From NCBI GenBank assembly GCA_964388575.1, contig CAYMAZ010000003.1:20637-84636 (forward strand): a stretch of 64,000 bases of DNA. The letters run 5' to 3'. The translations under genes and the position numbers were made by a program. Source of the DNA: an uncultured Bacteroidales bacterium (GTDB lineage Bacteria; Bacteroidota; Bacteroidia; Bacteroidales; DTU049). Of this stretch, positions 27,415 to 38,470 are shown piece by piece (position 1 is the first letter of the stretch; each line of letters begins with the position of its first letter). Below the pieces are notes generated by a model. It worked only from the letters and a program-made list of their open reading frames with translations. It searched no databases and was not told where the DNA came from.

Positions 27415-30192
27415 ATGGCAAAACCAAAATTCATTAAAAAAATCAATGATTTGTTAACGCATCCACGCAGTGGAAAAATCATAAAAATTTCATCCCTGGT
27501 CATTCTTGCAGGTTGTTTGCTATACTTTGGACTGAGATTTTATCTTCAGTTGAGGGAACAAACAAGAGATCCTTGGGATTTTTTGCCGGACAACGTGCTC
27601 TCAGTCATACAGGTGAATGATGTGCAGGATTTTGTTACCAACATGACAGGAAATGCTCTGTTTTCAGATTTTGATCAATTACTCAGCTCCTCTGAAATTC
27701 AAAAAATGTTTTCATTTTACGACTCACTTTTTGCCACCAAAGAACCAATTCAGGAGGCCTGGTTTCAGGGGCAGTTACTGATCAGCACAAATTTTACCGG
27801 ATCTGATAAATTTGAAACAATTTTTATTAAACCACTCCCCCATCCCAATCAGGAGTCAAGAATATATCAGTTTTTTGAGAAACATGCAAATTCCCATAAA
27901 ACTACTGAATTACAGGGACATAGAGAAAATGCAATACAATATATATTCGGGATTGACACAATATTTCTTTGTATCAGGGATGGTGTTTGTCTGTTCAGTA
28001 AGTCAACAACAATTATTGAACAAGCATTGAAGGCTTCAAGCATAAAAAATTCGACAATCAATGATGTAGCTTTTACTGAAGTCAGAAAAACAAGCGGCAA
28101 AAAGTGCATGGCTAATCTGTATGTTAATTACAGGTTTCTTTATCGATTTGCATCCCGAATCCTCAACGGAGAAACATTGAAGTCAATGGATTTACTTAAT
28201 CATTTTACTGGCTGGAGTGCTTTTGACATTCATACAGTCGAACAGAAAATCTATTTAACCGGATTTACAGCTCCGGATCAGAAGAATCCATCCTGGCTCG
28301 GAGCCTTCACATCTTCTGACCCTCAACCCACAGATATTATCAACATACTTCCGGGTAATACAATTTCCTTCATCTGGCTCGGGTTCAATAATTATGAAAG
28401 TCACCGTGAGACCTATAAACAGTTTCTGACAGAAACTGACGAAATACAGGAGTTCAACAACAATCTGACCAACCTCAAACGAAGAACAGGTGTACAAAAT
28501 ATCAACGAACTGATCTTTCCCTACATTGATAATCAAATGGCATTGTTTTCAATTCCTGAAAGATCAGGAAAAAAACTAAGCCATTTTGCAGCATTCAAGG
28601 TGAAGGATGTCTCAACTTTTCGCAAAAATCTTCAGGAAGTTGTTCGTTCTGCTTCAAAGACAAACAAAATGCAGATTGACACAAGCACATTCAGAAATCA
28701 ACTTATCACAACAATTCCTGCAGATTATATGTTATTTGATCTTTTTGGGAAATTGTTTAGTGCGATGGAAAAAACATGTTTCACAATTTACAGCGGGTAT
28801 TGGATCGTAGGAAATTCGCATGAAGCCATGAAAGAATATCTGAACCAGGTCACTTCAGGACGGCTGTTGATAAAAAATTCTTATTATGAAGAATTTTCAC
28901 AGTCGGTTTCTGGTGAAGCAAATATCTATCTTTATGCATCTCCGAGAAAAATGAAAAGTGAGATTAAAATGTGGTTTAATGAGGAGCTGGCCGTAAAAAC
29001 TGAAGGAAACATTTCTGAATTTGATAATCTTGAGGCTATCGGAATTCAGTTTTCATCAACCAATTCTTTATTTCTATCTGGTATCACCCTGTTCAGATCC
29101 ACTGATATTATTGAAGAAAGCACCAGCGGATGGGAAATTACACTTGACGGGCTGACAACATCAGGCCCCTGGTTTGCAGATGTTGCAGACCAAACATCTA
29201 AAAACATCATTTCATTCGACTCATTTAATAATATGTATTTTGTTTCAGACAAAGGTGAAGTCTTGTGGAAAATTCCTGTTACCGAGCGCCCTGTCAGCAA
29301 AGTATTCAGTGTTGACGCCTTTAAAAACGGGAAAATTCAATACCTCTTCAATTCTGAAAACTTTTTGTTTCTGATAGACAGAAATGGCAAAAATGTTGAG
29401 AACTTTCCTGTAAAACTTCCTGTTCAGGCTGGCGGACCGATTAATGTTTTTGATTATGAAAGAACGAAGGATTACCGTATTGTATTTACAGGCATTGACA
29501 ATGTGATCTATAACTATAACATCAAGGGAGAACCAACGTCAGGATGGGAGAAACCGAAGCTCAGTACCGAAGCAACCCAGCAACAAATCAAACATCTGCG
29601 TCTTGTAAATACAGATGCCCTTTATATAAAAGACAATAACAATCTTCCACATTTCTATAACCGCAGAGGCATACCCATGTTTGACCTCAGTGATATCTCT
29701 CTCAGTCAATATTCAGAGATTTTTGCTGCTTCAAAATATTGTCGTTGCTTTGTCTCAACAACTTCAGATGGTCAGATTGCCATGATAGGGACAAACGGTG
29801 AAATCGAATACAAAGTTATTCATGAGGCAGGTGCAGGTCACATCTTTATATATGAGGACATGGACAATGACGGGCAATCCGATTTCATATTTATTGAAAA
29901 GGGAAAAGCATATGTTTTTGATCAGGACGGAAACCTTATTTCAGGACTTGAAATTAATTCCGATGCAGGCCGAAACACAGGTTATATAAAAAACAGCCCT
30001 TACGGTCCACTGCTATACGTATTTTCTTCTGACGGAAGTGAATTGTATTTTGTGAATAAAACCGGCAGAATTCTCCCTGAAGAAACATTTCGTTCGGCAA
30101 ACTCAGCCGATTTTTATCAGAATGTAGATGCAAGCAAACTTGTTGTAACATCATCATATGGGAACAACCTGATTTTATACGTTATCGAATAA
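27415..30192 (+). CDS. Membrane-anchored protein of unknown function with C-terminal beta-propeller/FG-GAP-like repeats
   Basis: 925 aa. N-terminal TM anchor (ISSLVILAGCLLYFGL). The C-terminal third has repeated strand-turn motifs and DMDNDGQSDFIFIEKG (FG-GAP-like Ca site). Confidence 0.55.
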   Translation: MAKPKFIKKINDLLTHPRSGKIIKISSLVILAGCLLYFGLRFYLQLREQTRDPWDFLPDNVLSVIQVNDVQDFVTNMTGNALFSDFDQLLSSSEIQKMFSFYDSLFATKEPIQEAWFQGQLLISTNFTGSDKFETIFIKPLPHPNQESRIYQFFEKHANSHKTTELQGHRENAIQYIFGIDTIFLCIRDGVCLFSKSTTIIEQALKASSIKNSTINDVAFTEVRKTSGKKCMANLYVNYRFLYRFASRILNGETLKSMDLLNHFTGWSAFDIHTVEQKIYLTGFTAPDQKNPSWLGAFTSSDPQPTDIINILPGNTISFIWLGFNNYESHRETYKQFLTETDEIQEFNNNLTNLKRRTGVQNINELIFPYIDNQMALFSIPERSGKKLSHFAAFKVKDVSTFRKNLQEVVRSASKTNKMQIDTSTFRNQLITTIPADYMLFDLFGKLFSAMEKTCFTIYSGYWIVGNSHEAMKEYLNQVTSGRLLIKNSYYEEFSQSVSGEANIYLYASPRKMKSEIKMWFNEELAVKTEGNISEFDNLEAIGIQFSSTNSLFLSGITLFRSTDIIEESTSGWEITLDGLTTSGPWFADVADQTSKNIISFDSFNNMYFVSDKGEVLWKIPVTERPVSKVFSVDAFKNGKIQYLFNSENFLFLIDRNGKNVENFPVKLPVQAGGPINVFDYERTKDYRIVFTGIDNVIYNYNIKGEPTSGWEKPKLSTEATQQQIKHLRLVNTDALYIKDNNNLPHFYNRRGIPMFDLSDISLSQYSEIFAASKYCRCFVSTTSDGQIAMIGTNGEIEYKVIHEAGAGHIFIYEDMDNDGQSDFIFIEKGKAYVFDQDGNLISGLEINSDAGRNTGYIKNSPYGPLLYVFSSDGSELYFVNKTGRILPEETFRSANSADFYQNVDASKLVVTSSYGNNLILYVIE

Positions 30193-30291
30193 AAATCAAA
30201 AAATTATCATGATATTTCGTTTAGGAAAAGATTAAAAAATGAAATTTTTGGCTAAACCCGGAAATTTATTTTATTTCAATTCTAATTTTAT

Positions 30292-30299
30292 TAAATTTG
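30292..30299 (+). promoter_or_regulatory. Bacteroidota -7 promoter box (TAAATTTG)
   Basis: Exact TAnnTTTG ending 53 nt before the ATG at 30352. It overlaps the left arm of an 11-bp inverted repeat. Confidence 0.35.
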
Positions 30300-30325
30300 T
30301 AATGATTTTTAAAAATTACAAATTT
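30293..30325. promoter_or_regulatory. Perfect 11-bp inverted repeat AAATTTGTAAT-N11-ATTACAAATTT
   Basis: Left arm 30293-30303, spacer gatttttaaaa, right arm 30315-30325. Read directly from the sequence. Confidence 0.5.
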
Positions 30326-30351
30326 TATATTATATACAAACACATGACAAT

Positions 30352-31953
30352 ATGAAATCACCCAAACACAAGTTCATTACAGCAATGTTGATGTTTTTTC
30401 TGATCATCACATCCTGTGTCAGAGAAGAATACTACCTTCAAAACATTAAAAACCCGGATTGGGAACCAAATTTTGCAGCCCCGCTGATCAATTCGAAACT
30501 CACAATCTGGGACATCCTGAATGATTATGATTCAACAAATATCATTGTTGAAGATCAGAGCAATTTTCTTTACCTGGTTTATACAAATCAGGTCTACTCT
30601 CAATCTGCTGAGGAACTGATTCAGATCAGCGATCAGATGCTGAATGCTTCGCACTCATTCAACACTGGCGGATCGATTGCCCAGGGAGATAGTTTTGTTA
30701 CCACTTTTTCATATCATTACGACTTCAGTTTTCCCGGAACGCAGGTCATTGACAGCATGTATCTTAAAAACGGCAATTTGAACCTGAACATCAACACCAG
30801 TTTCAACATGCCAGGTAAAATAGAAATTGAGTTTCCCGGCACTCAAAACGGCAACCCTTTTATTGAAACAATCTATATGTCAGGGCCCAACCAAAGTCAG
30901 AATATCAGTTTTGAAAACACAAAACTGATATTCAATCATTCTGGAGGGAATAACCGTCTTGAGTTGAAATTCAGGATTGTACTTTACGGCAACGGAAATG
31001 CCAACTTATCCCCTTACAATTTGAGTATTGACGGCATATTCAGCCAGATGCAGTTTCGAGCACTGTTTGGATATCTCGGTCAACTGAATTTTGCATTAAA
31101 CGAAGATACTGTTTCTGTCAAAATTTATAATAATAATGTTGACGGGATCATTAACTGGGAAGATCCACGGTTTTATCTGACTGTCACCAATTATCTGGGA
31201 ATGCCCGTTCAGATCAATATTAATTTACTGGAAGCACGCCGAACAAAAGCTCCGGCCAATACAATACAAATCACAGGACCCGGTATTCCTGTTCCCTGGA
31301 ATATTGCGTATCCAAACTTTTCGCAAATTGGTAGCGGAGAACAGTCAACAATGTTTCTTGACAACAACAACAGCAACATCACACAAGCACTGAATATTTC
31401 ACCACAGCAAATCAATGCCCTTCTGGATGCAGTTTCCAATCCTTCCGGAATGTCCCAGAATTTTGCTTTTGACACAAGCCACTTTAATGTTAATGCAAAA
31501 ATTGAACTCCCTTTACACGGAACTGCTCAGGGATTTGTAATTTCTGACACGATAGAGCTCAATCTGGGAGAGGATTTTGAGGATTCAAAACATATTGAAT
31601 GGGTTTTGTTTAAAATTTTCTGTGAAAATCAATTTCCGGTCGATGCAAACCTTCAGATATATTTTACTGATGAGAACTATGTAATAATTGATTCTTTGCT
31701 GGCTCCTCAACAGCAATTTATTCATGCCGCCACACCAGGTCCTCCTCCCGATTACATCGTAACCCAAAAATTCACAAAAGTCATAACCACCAAAATCAAT
31801 AATGACAGAATCAGCGAATATAGCCGGATTAAAAATGCGATTATCCTTGCACATCTGAATACCTATAACAACAGCTCTCAGATTGTGAAGTTTTATTCTT
31901 ATTATCAGATGCATGTCATGCTCGGAGCACAGGTTCAACTTCAAATTCATTAA
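30352..31953 (+). CDS. Hypothetical lipoprotein
   Basis: 533 aa with a lipobox (FFLIITSC). I recognise no motif. Confidence 0.55.
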   Translation: MKSPKHKFITAMLMFFLIITSCVREEYYLQNIKNPDWEPNFAAPLINSKLTIWDILNDYDSTNIIVEDQSNFLYLVYTNQVYSQSAEELIQISDQMLNASHSFNTGGSIAQGDSFVTTFSYHYDFSFPGTQVIDSMYLKNGNLNLNINTSFNMPGKIEIEFPGTQNGNPFIETIYMSGPNQSQNISFENTKLIFNHSGGNNRLELKFRIVLYGNGNANLSPYNLSIDGIFSQMQFRALFGYLGQLNFALNEDTVSVKIYNNNVDGIINWEDPRFYLTVTNYLGMPVQININLLEARRTKAPANTIQITGPGIPVPWNIAYPNFSQIGSGEQSTMFLDNNNSNITQALNISPQQINALLDAVSNPSGMSQNFAFDTSHFNVNAKIELPLHGTAQGFVISDTIELNLGEDFEDSKHIEWVLFKIFCENQFPVDANLQIYFTDENYVIIDSLLAPQQQFIHAATPGPPPDYIVTQKFTKVITTKINNDRISEYSRIKNAIILAHLNTYNNSSQIVKFYSYYQMHVMLGAQVQLQIH

Positions 31954-31982
31954 CGCTTCAATGTTACAGATCATGAAAAAAA

Positions 31983-33400
31983 TTAAATTAATATTGATAA
32001 TTCTGGCTTTGATTGTTACCATGAAAGCCAATGCACAGCAGGATCTGACAATTTTTCACATGCAGTCTGTTCCACAGTCTGCTTATTCCAATCCATCCGT
32101 GCTCCCTTCTCTCAAATGGCACATTGGCTTTCCTGCATTGTCATCAATATATGTGGAGGGTGGGCACACTGGATTTAATGCACATCAGTTTATGAAGATC
32201 GCAACTGGTGACAGCGTTGAAATTCAACTTGAAGATCTTGTCAGTTCTATGGGTAAGTATAATTACCTGAATTTCAGCTCTGCAGTGGAACTGCTCTCTT
32301 TCGGATTTAAGATTAAGGAAAAGCATTATGTGAGCCTGGCCCTTTCAAATAAAACACACATGAAGTTTTGTTATCCTAAGGAACTTTTTGAATTCATTCA
32401 TCAGGGAAACGGAGCTTTTCTGGATGAAACCCTGAAGTTTGACAGGTTGGGAGTTAATGCTACTCATTACAACGAGCTGATGCTTGGCTATGCAATTGAT
32501 TATAATAATATGTGGTCTTTCGGATTACACCTAAAAATTCTTCAGGGGTTATCAAACATCTACATGAAAAAGTCAAATATCTCTCTCCTCACGGAAGAAG
32601 ATCACTTCTTTATTACTGCCACATCTGACCTGGATGTCTTTGCGAGCATGCAGGAAACCTTTTGGGAGGAAGACAGTATAGATGCCAATTCATATTTCAA
32701 TAATTTCTCAAATATGGGTGCTGCTATTGATTTGGGCATAAGCAAGAGAGTTGGAGAAAAACTCACACTTGGGCTGAGTGTTGTTGATCTCGGATTTATC
32801 AATTGGAAAACTGGCACAAGAAATTTTAAAAGTGCTAATCCCGGCGGAAAATTCACCTTTGAAGGAATCGATATTTCGGAATTTCTCGACCAGAGTGATA
32901 CAACCGGAAGCGATAGCAAACTGGACAATCTGCTTGATTCAATCGCAGACATATTCCAGATTGATACTCTGTATGATGCTTATACTTCACCAATGCATGC
33001 CAGAATATATTTAAGCGGAGCTTATGAGATCACACCCAAAGACCAACTCAGTGCATTGCTGCGTTTTCATTTCTACAATCAAACTGTTCATCCGGCATTT
33101 ACACTCGGATATGTAAGAAAATTCGGTCATTTTCTCTCACTATCAGCCACCTATACAATGGCGTCAAGAAACTATTTTAATCTGGGTATTGGTCTGGCAG
33201 CAAATTTAGGCCCTTTTCAGATTTATGTTGCAACAGACAATATTATTTCTCCTTTTATTCACAACACGTTTTACTGGACTGAAGATAATGAGGAAAAATC
33301 CATTACCATGCCAAGAAACACCAAATATCTAAATGCCCATTTTGGAATCAATTTCGTTTTCGGATATAAAGCGCCCAAAGAAAATATTTCGATTTTTTGA
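31983..33400 (+). CDS. Outer-membrane beta-barrel protein with distant PorP/SprF-like N-terminus (tentative)
   Basis: Starts MKKIKLILIILALIVTMKANAQQ. DLTIFHMQSVPQSAYSNPSVLP resembles the PorP motif DPHFSQFYANPLYLNPAMAG at 43.3 kb. Ends in an aromatic residue (ISIF). An alternative ATG lies at 31971. Confidence 0.55.
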
Positions 33401-33455
33401 TTCTTCTTTCCTGTCCATTATTCATTGATCTTCTTCATATCCTGAAAAAAAATCG

Positions 33456-33463
33456 TAGATTTG
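33456..33463 (+). promoter_or_regulatory. Bacteroidota -7 promoter box (TAGATTTG)
   Basis: Exact TAnnTTTG ending 14 nt before the ATG at 33477. Confidence 0.45.
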
Positions 33464-33476
33464 TAAAAAAAATTAT

Positions 33477-34304
33477 ATGAAAAGATATGGTTTTCTTTCA
33501 GTCTCTCTCCTATTTTTAGCGACTGCGTTGTTTCTAAATCTGCTGATTCCTGAAAAAACTAAACACATACCGAATCCGAAAGCCCATGCAGAAAGAGTCA
33601 ACGAGTACATGACGCTTGCTGTATTATATCAGCAAACAGCTGCAGAAGTCAAAGCTCTTCAGTATCAGGCATATAACGTGTCCAAAACAGTTCTCGATCA
33701 AAAGCTTCGCACATATAAGGGAAAGAAAAAGCCAGCCATTGTTGTTGACATAGATGAAACAGTGCTCGACAACTGTCAGTACCAGGCTCAATGCATTCTG
33801 GGAAATTTCCAATATCCCCTCAGATGGGATGAATGGTGTTTACTTGCTGAAGCACCTGCAATTCCGGGAGCTGCAGATTTCTTAAACTACGCTGATTCAA
33901 AAAAGGTATCTGTTTTCTATGTCAGTAACAGAAAAGCACATCTTAAGGATGCCACAGTAAGAAACCTGATTAAAGAAGGGTTTCCGAATGTCAAAGATCA
34001 ATTTCTTCTTCTACGTACTGATGAATCTTCAAAGAACAAACGAAGGGATCTGATAATGAAAGATTACGAAATTCTCATGCTTTTCGGAGATAACCTCGGC
34101 GATTTTAGTGATGACTGGGAACACACAAACATTGAGGACAGATTTAGGATAACCGATGAACAAAAAGAATTATTCGGAAATACATATATTGTTTTGCCCA
34201 ATTCTACATATGGTGACTGGGAAGGAGCAATATATAATTACGACTTCAGTCATGAAAATGCTGTCAAGTATCGTTTAAGAAAAGATGCCATGAAAGGATT
34301 TTAA
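33477..34304 (+). CDS. 5'-nucleotidase / class C acid phosphatase, lipoprotein e(P4) family (HAD superfamily)
   Basis: 275 aa. HAD motif [12 protein letters not shown], and later GDNLGDF. The size and signal sequence fit the e(P4) family. Confidence 0.78.
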   Translation: MKRYGFLSVSLLFLATALFLNLLIPEKTKHIPNPKAHAERVNEYMTLAVLYQQTAAEVKALQYQAYNVSKTVLDQKLRTYKGKKKPAIVVDIDETVLDNCQYQAQCILGNFQYPLRWDEWCLLAEAPAIPGAADFLNYADSKKVSVFYVSNRKAHLKDATVRNLIKEGFPNVKDQFLLLRTDESSKNKRRDLIMKDYEILMLFGDNLGDFSDDWEHTNIEDRFRITDEQKELFGNTYIVLPNSTYGDWEGAIYNYDFSHENAVKYRLRKDAMKGF

Positions 34305-34315
34305 ATACAGTCAGC

Positions 34316-35356
34316 ATGCAGAACGATCTCCTTAACCCAGATTCCGGACATCTCTCCCAGCAGGAAAAAGAATATGAAAGAGCATTGCGACCTCTGACTT
34401 TTGAAGATTTCAGAGGTCAGCCCAATATTATTGACAACCTAAAAGTCTTTGTTAAAGCAGCCAGGTTTAGGAATGAATCTCTTGACCATGTGCTTTTACA
34501 CGGACCTCCGGGACTTGGTAAAACAACATTGTCCCATATTATTGCAAATGAACTGGGTGTTGGCATAAAACTCACATCAGGCCCTGTCATTGATAAACCC
34601 GGAGATCTGGCCGGACTTCTTTCAAACCTACAGCCCAATGATGTACTCTTCATTGATGAGATCCACCGGTTAAGCAGTATCGTTGAAGAATATCTTTATT
34701 CCGCTATGGAAGATTTCAGAATTGATATCATGATTGATACTGGACCCAGTGCTAAAAGTATTCAAATAAAGATTAATCCGTTCACGTTGATCGGAGCCAC
34801 AACACGAAGCGGACTGCTCACTGCCCCCCTTCGATCACGATTTGGAATAAATTCACGACTTTCGTATTATACGCCGGATATTTTAACGAAAATTATTCAG
34901 CGATCAGCAGGGATATTGAAAATCCCAATTGAAGAAACTGCTGCTGCAGAGATCGCAGGCCGAAGCAGGGGAACGCCCCGTATAGCAAACCTTCTTCTCA
35001 GGCGTGTTCGTGATTTTGCACAAATTGAAGGGACAGGGGTTATAGACCTTGATATTACAAAATCATCTCTGACATCACTCAATGTTGACAGATACGGACT
35101 TGATGAAATGGATAACAAAATTCTTGTAACCATTATCGATAAATTTAACGGAGGTCCTGTGGGATTAAATACAATTGCTACAGCTGTCGGTGAAGACCCA
35201 GGAACCATTGAAGAAGTTTACGAACCATTTCTCATTCAACAGGGATTTCTAACCCGGACACCACGGGGTCGTGAAGCAACTATTCTTGCTTACAGCCATC
35301 TTGGAAAAGATCAAAAAACGATTCCTGGCAGTTTATTTGAAGATGATCAGAATTAG
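34316..35356 (+). CDS. ruvB: Holliday junction branch migration DNA helicase RuvB
   Basis: 346 aa. Walker [10 protein letters not shown], Walker [10 protein letters not shown], and [16 protein letters not shown]-type motif. Confidence 0.95.
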   Translation: MQNDLLNPDSGHLSQQEKEYERALRPLTFEDFRGQPNIIDNLKVFVKAARFRNESLDHVLLHGPPGLGKTTLSHIIANELGVGIKLTSGPVIDKPGDLAGLLSNLQPNDVLFIDEIHRLSSIVEEYLYSAMEDFRIDIMIDTGPSAKSIQIKINPFTLIGATTRSGLLTAPLRSRFGINSRLSYYTPDILTKIIQRSAGILKIPIEETAAAEIAGRSRGTPRIANLLLRRVRDFAQIEGTGVIDLDITKSSLTSLNVDRYGLDEMDNKILVTIIDKFNGGPVGLNTIATAVGEDPGTIEEVYEPFLIQQGFLTRTPRGREATILAYSHLGKDQKTIPGSLFEDDQN

Positions 35357-35386
35357 AAATTTTTCATTATATTCATTTTTTTATTT

Positions 35387-35394
35387 TATTTTTG
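35387..35394 (+). promoter_or_regulatory. Bacteroidota -7 promoter box (TATTTTTG), far upstream of tnaA
   Basis: Exact TAnnTTTG ending 156 nt before the tnaA ATG. If it is used, it implies a long leader. Confidence 0.3.
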
Positions 35395-35549
35395 CACTGT
35401 GCTGAAAATTAATACATCATGGTTTTAAAATATCTGTTTTCAGTTAAGGTTATGTTGCTGTTTCTGAACATTAAACGCAGGGATAAGTTTTAATTTTCTG
35501 CTTTTTCCTAATTATAAACTCAATTTTTTAATTTTCAAAAAAACGTCAT

Positions 35550-36926
35550 ATGGATTATCCTTTTGCAGAATCATATAAAATAAAAATGGTTGAACCATTA
35601 TACAGAAGTACCAGAGAACAACGCGAAAACTGGATCAGGGAAGCAAAATACAACCTTTTTAAACTCAGGAGCAATCAGGTATTTATTGATTTGCTCACCG
35701 ACTCAGGGACTGGCGCAATGAGCGACAGGCAGTGGTCTGCTCTGATGATGGGTGATGAAAGCTATGCAGGAGCTTCATCATTTTTCAATATGAAAGCAGC
35801 CATAGAAAACATTCTTGGTTTTCCGATGTTTTTACCAACACACCAGGGCCGTGCAGCAGAAAATGTGCTCTTTTCAGCCATTCTTAAAGAAGGTGATGTC
35901 GTCCCCGGCAATTCACATTTTGACACCACCAAAGGGCACATCGAATATAGAAAAGCCAAAGCAATTGACTGCACCATTGATGAAGCCTTTGACACTGAAC
36001 TCGAACATCCTTTCAAAGGAAACATCTGCGTCAACAAACTGGCTGCTACGATTGAACAATATGGTGTATCAAAGATTCCATGTATTCTCGTTACAGTGAC
36101 TAACAATACATCAGGAGGTCAGCCTGTTTCACTTCAAAACATAAAAGAAGTTTCAAAGCTTGCCAAATTATATAATATTCCTGTTGTTTTTGATTCAGCC
36201 CGATTTGCTGAAAATGCATATTTTATCAAAATGAGAGAAGAAGGCTATGCAGACAGAACCATCAAGGAAATTGTGAGAGAAATGTTCAGTTATGCTGACA
36301 TCATGACCATGAGCAGCAAAAAAGACGCAATTGTAAACATGGGCGGGTTTATTGCCATGCGCGACGAAGAACTTTACCAGAAAGCAAGTGTGTATAATAT
36401 TGTTTTTGAGGGCTATCTCACATACGGTGGAATGTCAGGAAGAGACATGAATGCGTTGGCAGTCGGCCTTGATGAAGGTACAGAATTTGATTATCTTGAG
36501 ACAAGAATCAAACAGGTTGAGTATCTCGGAAATCAGCTGATTGGATGGGGAATTCCCATACAGCGCCCAATCGGAGGTCATGCAATCTTTGTTGATGCAA
36601 AGAAGTTTCTTTCCGGTGTTCCTGTTGAACAGTATATTGCTCAGACTCTTGCTGTTGAGCTTTATATAGAAGCGGGTGTCCGTGGCGTTGAAGTGGGAAC
36701 ACTTCTGGCGGATCGTGATCCAGAAACCAGACAAGACAGATATCCGAAACTTGAGTTTTTGAGACTGGCCATTCCCCGGCGTGTTTACACAAATAACCAT
36801 ATGGATGTTGTGGCTGTTGCCCTTAAAAATATCTGGGACAAAAGATCAAGTATAACTTCCGGGTATAAGATCACACATGAAGCACCGCTTATGCGTCATT
36901 TTACAGTAGAACTGGATAAAGTCTGA
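35550..36926 (+). CDS. tnaA: Tryptophanase (beta-eliminating lyase family)
   Basis: 458 aa. It aligns by eye to E. coli TnaA (IDLLTDSGTGAMS, PTHQGRAAE, FDTTKGH, SARFAENAYFIK, SSKKDA PLP-Lys region). FDTTKGH resembles TnaA FDTTQGH rather than the tyrosine phenol-lyase FTTTRYH. Confidence 0.82.
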   Translation: MDYPFAESYKIKMVEPLYRSTREQRENWIREAKYNLFKLRSNQVFIDLLTDSGTGAMSDRQWSALMMGDESYAGASSFFNMKAAIENILGFPMFLPTHQGRAAENVLFSAILKEGDVVPGNSHFDTTKGHIEYRKAKAIDCTIDEAFDTELEHPFKGNICVNKLAATIEQYGVSKIPCILVTVTNNTSGGQPVSLQNIKEVSKLAKLYNIPVVFDSARFAENAYFIKMREEGYADRTIKEIVREMFSYADIMTMSSKKDAIVNMGGFIAMRDEELYQKASVYNIVFEGYLTYGGMSGRDMNALAVGLDEGTEFDYLETRIKQVEYLGNQLIGWGIPIQRPIGGHAIFVDAKKFLSGVPVEQYIAQTLAVELYIEAGVRGVEVGTLLADRDPETRQDRYPKLEFLRLAIPRRVYTNNHMDVVAVALKNIWDKRSSITSGYKITHEAPLMRHFTVELDKV

Positions 36927-38470
36927 AATCTTTCCTGTTCTCCACACTTGCCCTTATGGGTAGAAAATGATTTATTTTTGACAAAATAGTATGCATATTG
37001 TTCAGTTTTTCCGGGCAAATATGTACAAATATCTTCTTCTTTGCCGACAATGGCTATATTGCGTCCCGAAGCATAATTCAGCCAAATAATTGCTGTTGTG
37101 GGATAATCAGCAAGAGTTGAACAAAAAACCTGTTCATGTTTTTTTGTTTGACTTGAAATATGTTCTGCCAGTTCAATAATGAAAGGATCAGGCAGCTCTA
37201 ACAGATCGGCCTTTTTTCTGAAAATCCAAACAGACCAGATCAGCAAAAATATCAAAATAAATGCGCCAGTCATTCTTAAATGTGTACTTCTTAATTTTTC
37301 AATCATAACGGGTGTTAAAATTGACACAAACATGATCAAAGGTAGCACCCACTTCGCTATATATACATAATGTGTAATTGAAGCACTGAACAGAATGACA
37401 AAGTGGACCAGACAAGTAAGAATTATACTTGTCAGTATCAATCTGGTGTTTTTCACTGTTGAGTGTAGCCATAATTTTCTTTGCAATGTCAGAAAAACCA
37501 ATACAAAAACAAATACAAATCCTGTTCCACTGAATAGTTCGCCTAATTGCCTGATTAGAAGCACATATGAATCAGGATTAATATAGGAATAACCCATACT
37601 CGTATATTCGTTTCCAAAAAAACCGCTTCTTTCCAGAAATCTTATTCCAAGTGCCCTAATAAACGTATGTGCATTATTTAGAGTGATATGTTGTAAAAAG
37701 AAAACAACCAAAGCAAGCAATGTCCCAGAAATGATTGCTAATGCAGGTTTTGCCAAACTTTTTGATGACTTTCTTTTAAAAAGAATTAAAAACAAAAGTG
37801 ATGCTGCGTAAAACACTCCAAGCCACTCTGCAGAAGCAAATAAAAATCCAAGAGCAAACAAAATCATTTGCGATGTTCTGCGAACATTCACATCTGTATG
37901 AACCACTCTGTATAAATAATAAGACGTTAATACAAAGAAAAACTGTCCGATTGATTCAGCAAAAAAATGAAATGTTGTTAGATACAAAACGGCAGGATGA
38001 AACAAATACAAAAGCACAGCACCAAGTTGGGCATGCACCGAATATTTCGTAGACCCAACAAACAATCTCACAAATTTTAACAGGAAGAATGCTGTGAAAA
38101 GTTGAATGATCATTGCCGCCATCATAAGGACTCTGTTGCTTATTTCAAATCTTCCGAAACCAGAGATGATCCATGCAATACCCTGTGTTAGAGACGGATG
38201 TGAAACATAATAATTATTTCCTTCCTTATCCTGATAGCGAACATAATACGTAACAAATTTGTCACCAGAACCTGAATACGTATGCTTCATTGAAAAATTT
38301 GAGCAAATGGGATTTTCTTCCTGCCAGATTTTTGTTGTCTGCAATAAGAATATATGAGCTACATTATTTATGTGAGGATTTGTTTCAAGATATGAAAATC
38401 TGAAAATCAGAGTAATACTCCAAAGCAGAAAAGTAATAATATACAGATATGGTTTTATTTTGACTTCCAT
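36896..38470 (-). CDS. Polytopic membrane protein (possibly GT-C-type glycosyltransferase)
   Basis: 524 aa with many hydrophobic helices throughout and no soluble-domain motif I recognise. It overlaps the anmK stop by 16 nt on the same strand. Confidence 0.5.
   Translation of the reverse strand: MEVKIKPYLYIITFLLWSITLIFRFSYLETNPHINNVAHIFLLQTTKIWQEENPICSNFSMKHTYSGSGDKFVTYYVRYQDKEGNNYYVSHPSLTQGIAWIISGFGRFEISNRVLMMAAMIIQLFTAFFLLKFVRLFVGSTKYSVHAQLGAVLLYLFHPAVLYLTTFHFFAESIGQFFFVLTSYYLYRVVHTDVNVRRTSQMILFALGFLFASAEWLGVFYAASLLFLILFKRKSSKSLAKPALAIISGTLLALVVFFLQHITLNNAHTFIRALGIRFLERSGFFGNEYTSMGYSYINPDSYVLLIRQLGELFSGTGFVFVFVLVFLTLQRKLWLHSTVKNTRLILTSIILTCLVHFVILFSASITHYVYIAKWVLPLIMFVSILTPVMIEKLRSTHLRMTGAFILIFLLIWSVWIFRKKADLLELPDPFIIELAEHISSQTKKHEQVFCSTLADYPTTAIIWLNYASGRNIAIVGKEEDICTYLPGKTEQYAYYFVKNKSFSTHKGKCGEQERFQTLSSSTVK

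Noticed and set aside
31585-32031. 148-aa minus-strand ORF spanning the junction of two plus-strand genes
   Set aside because: It has no recognisable motifs and overlaps two better-supported plus-strand genes, so it is likely spurious.
35419-35493. 24-codon upstream ORF (MVLKYLFSVKVMLLFLNIKRRDKF) in the tnaA leader, as a possible TnaC-like regulatory peptide
   Set aside because: It contains no Trp codon, whereas TnaC-type control depends on one. I see no convincing attenuator hairpin plus U-tract, and the upstream promoter assignment is itself uncertain.
36896-36926. 31-nt convergent overlap between the tnaA 3' end and the 3' end of the membrane protein gene
   Set aside because: Short convergent overlaps are common in compact genomes, and nothing else marks the site as special.
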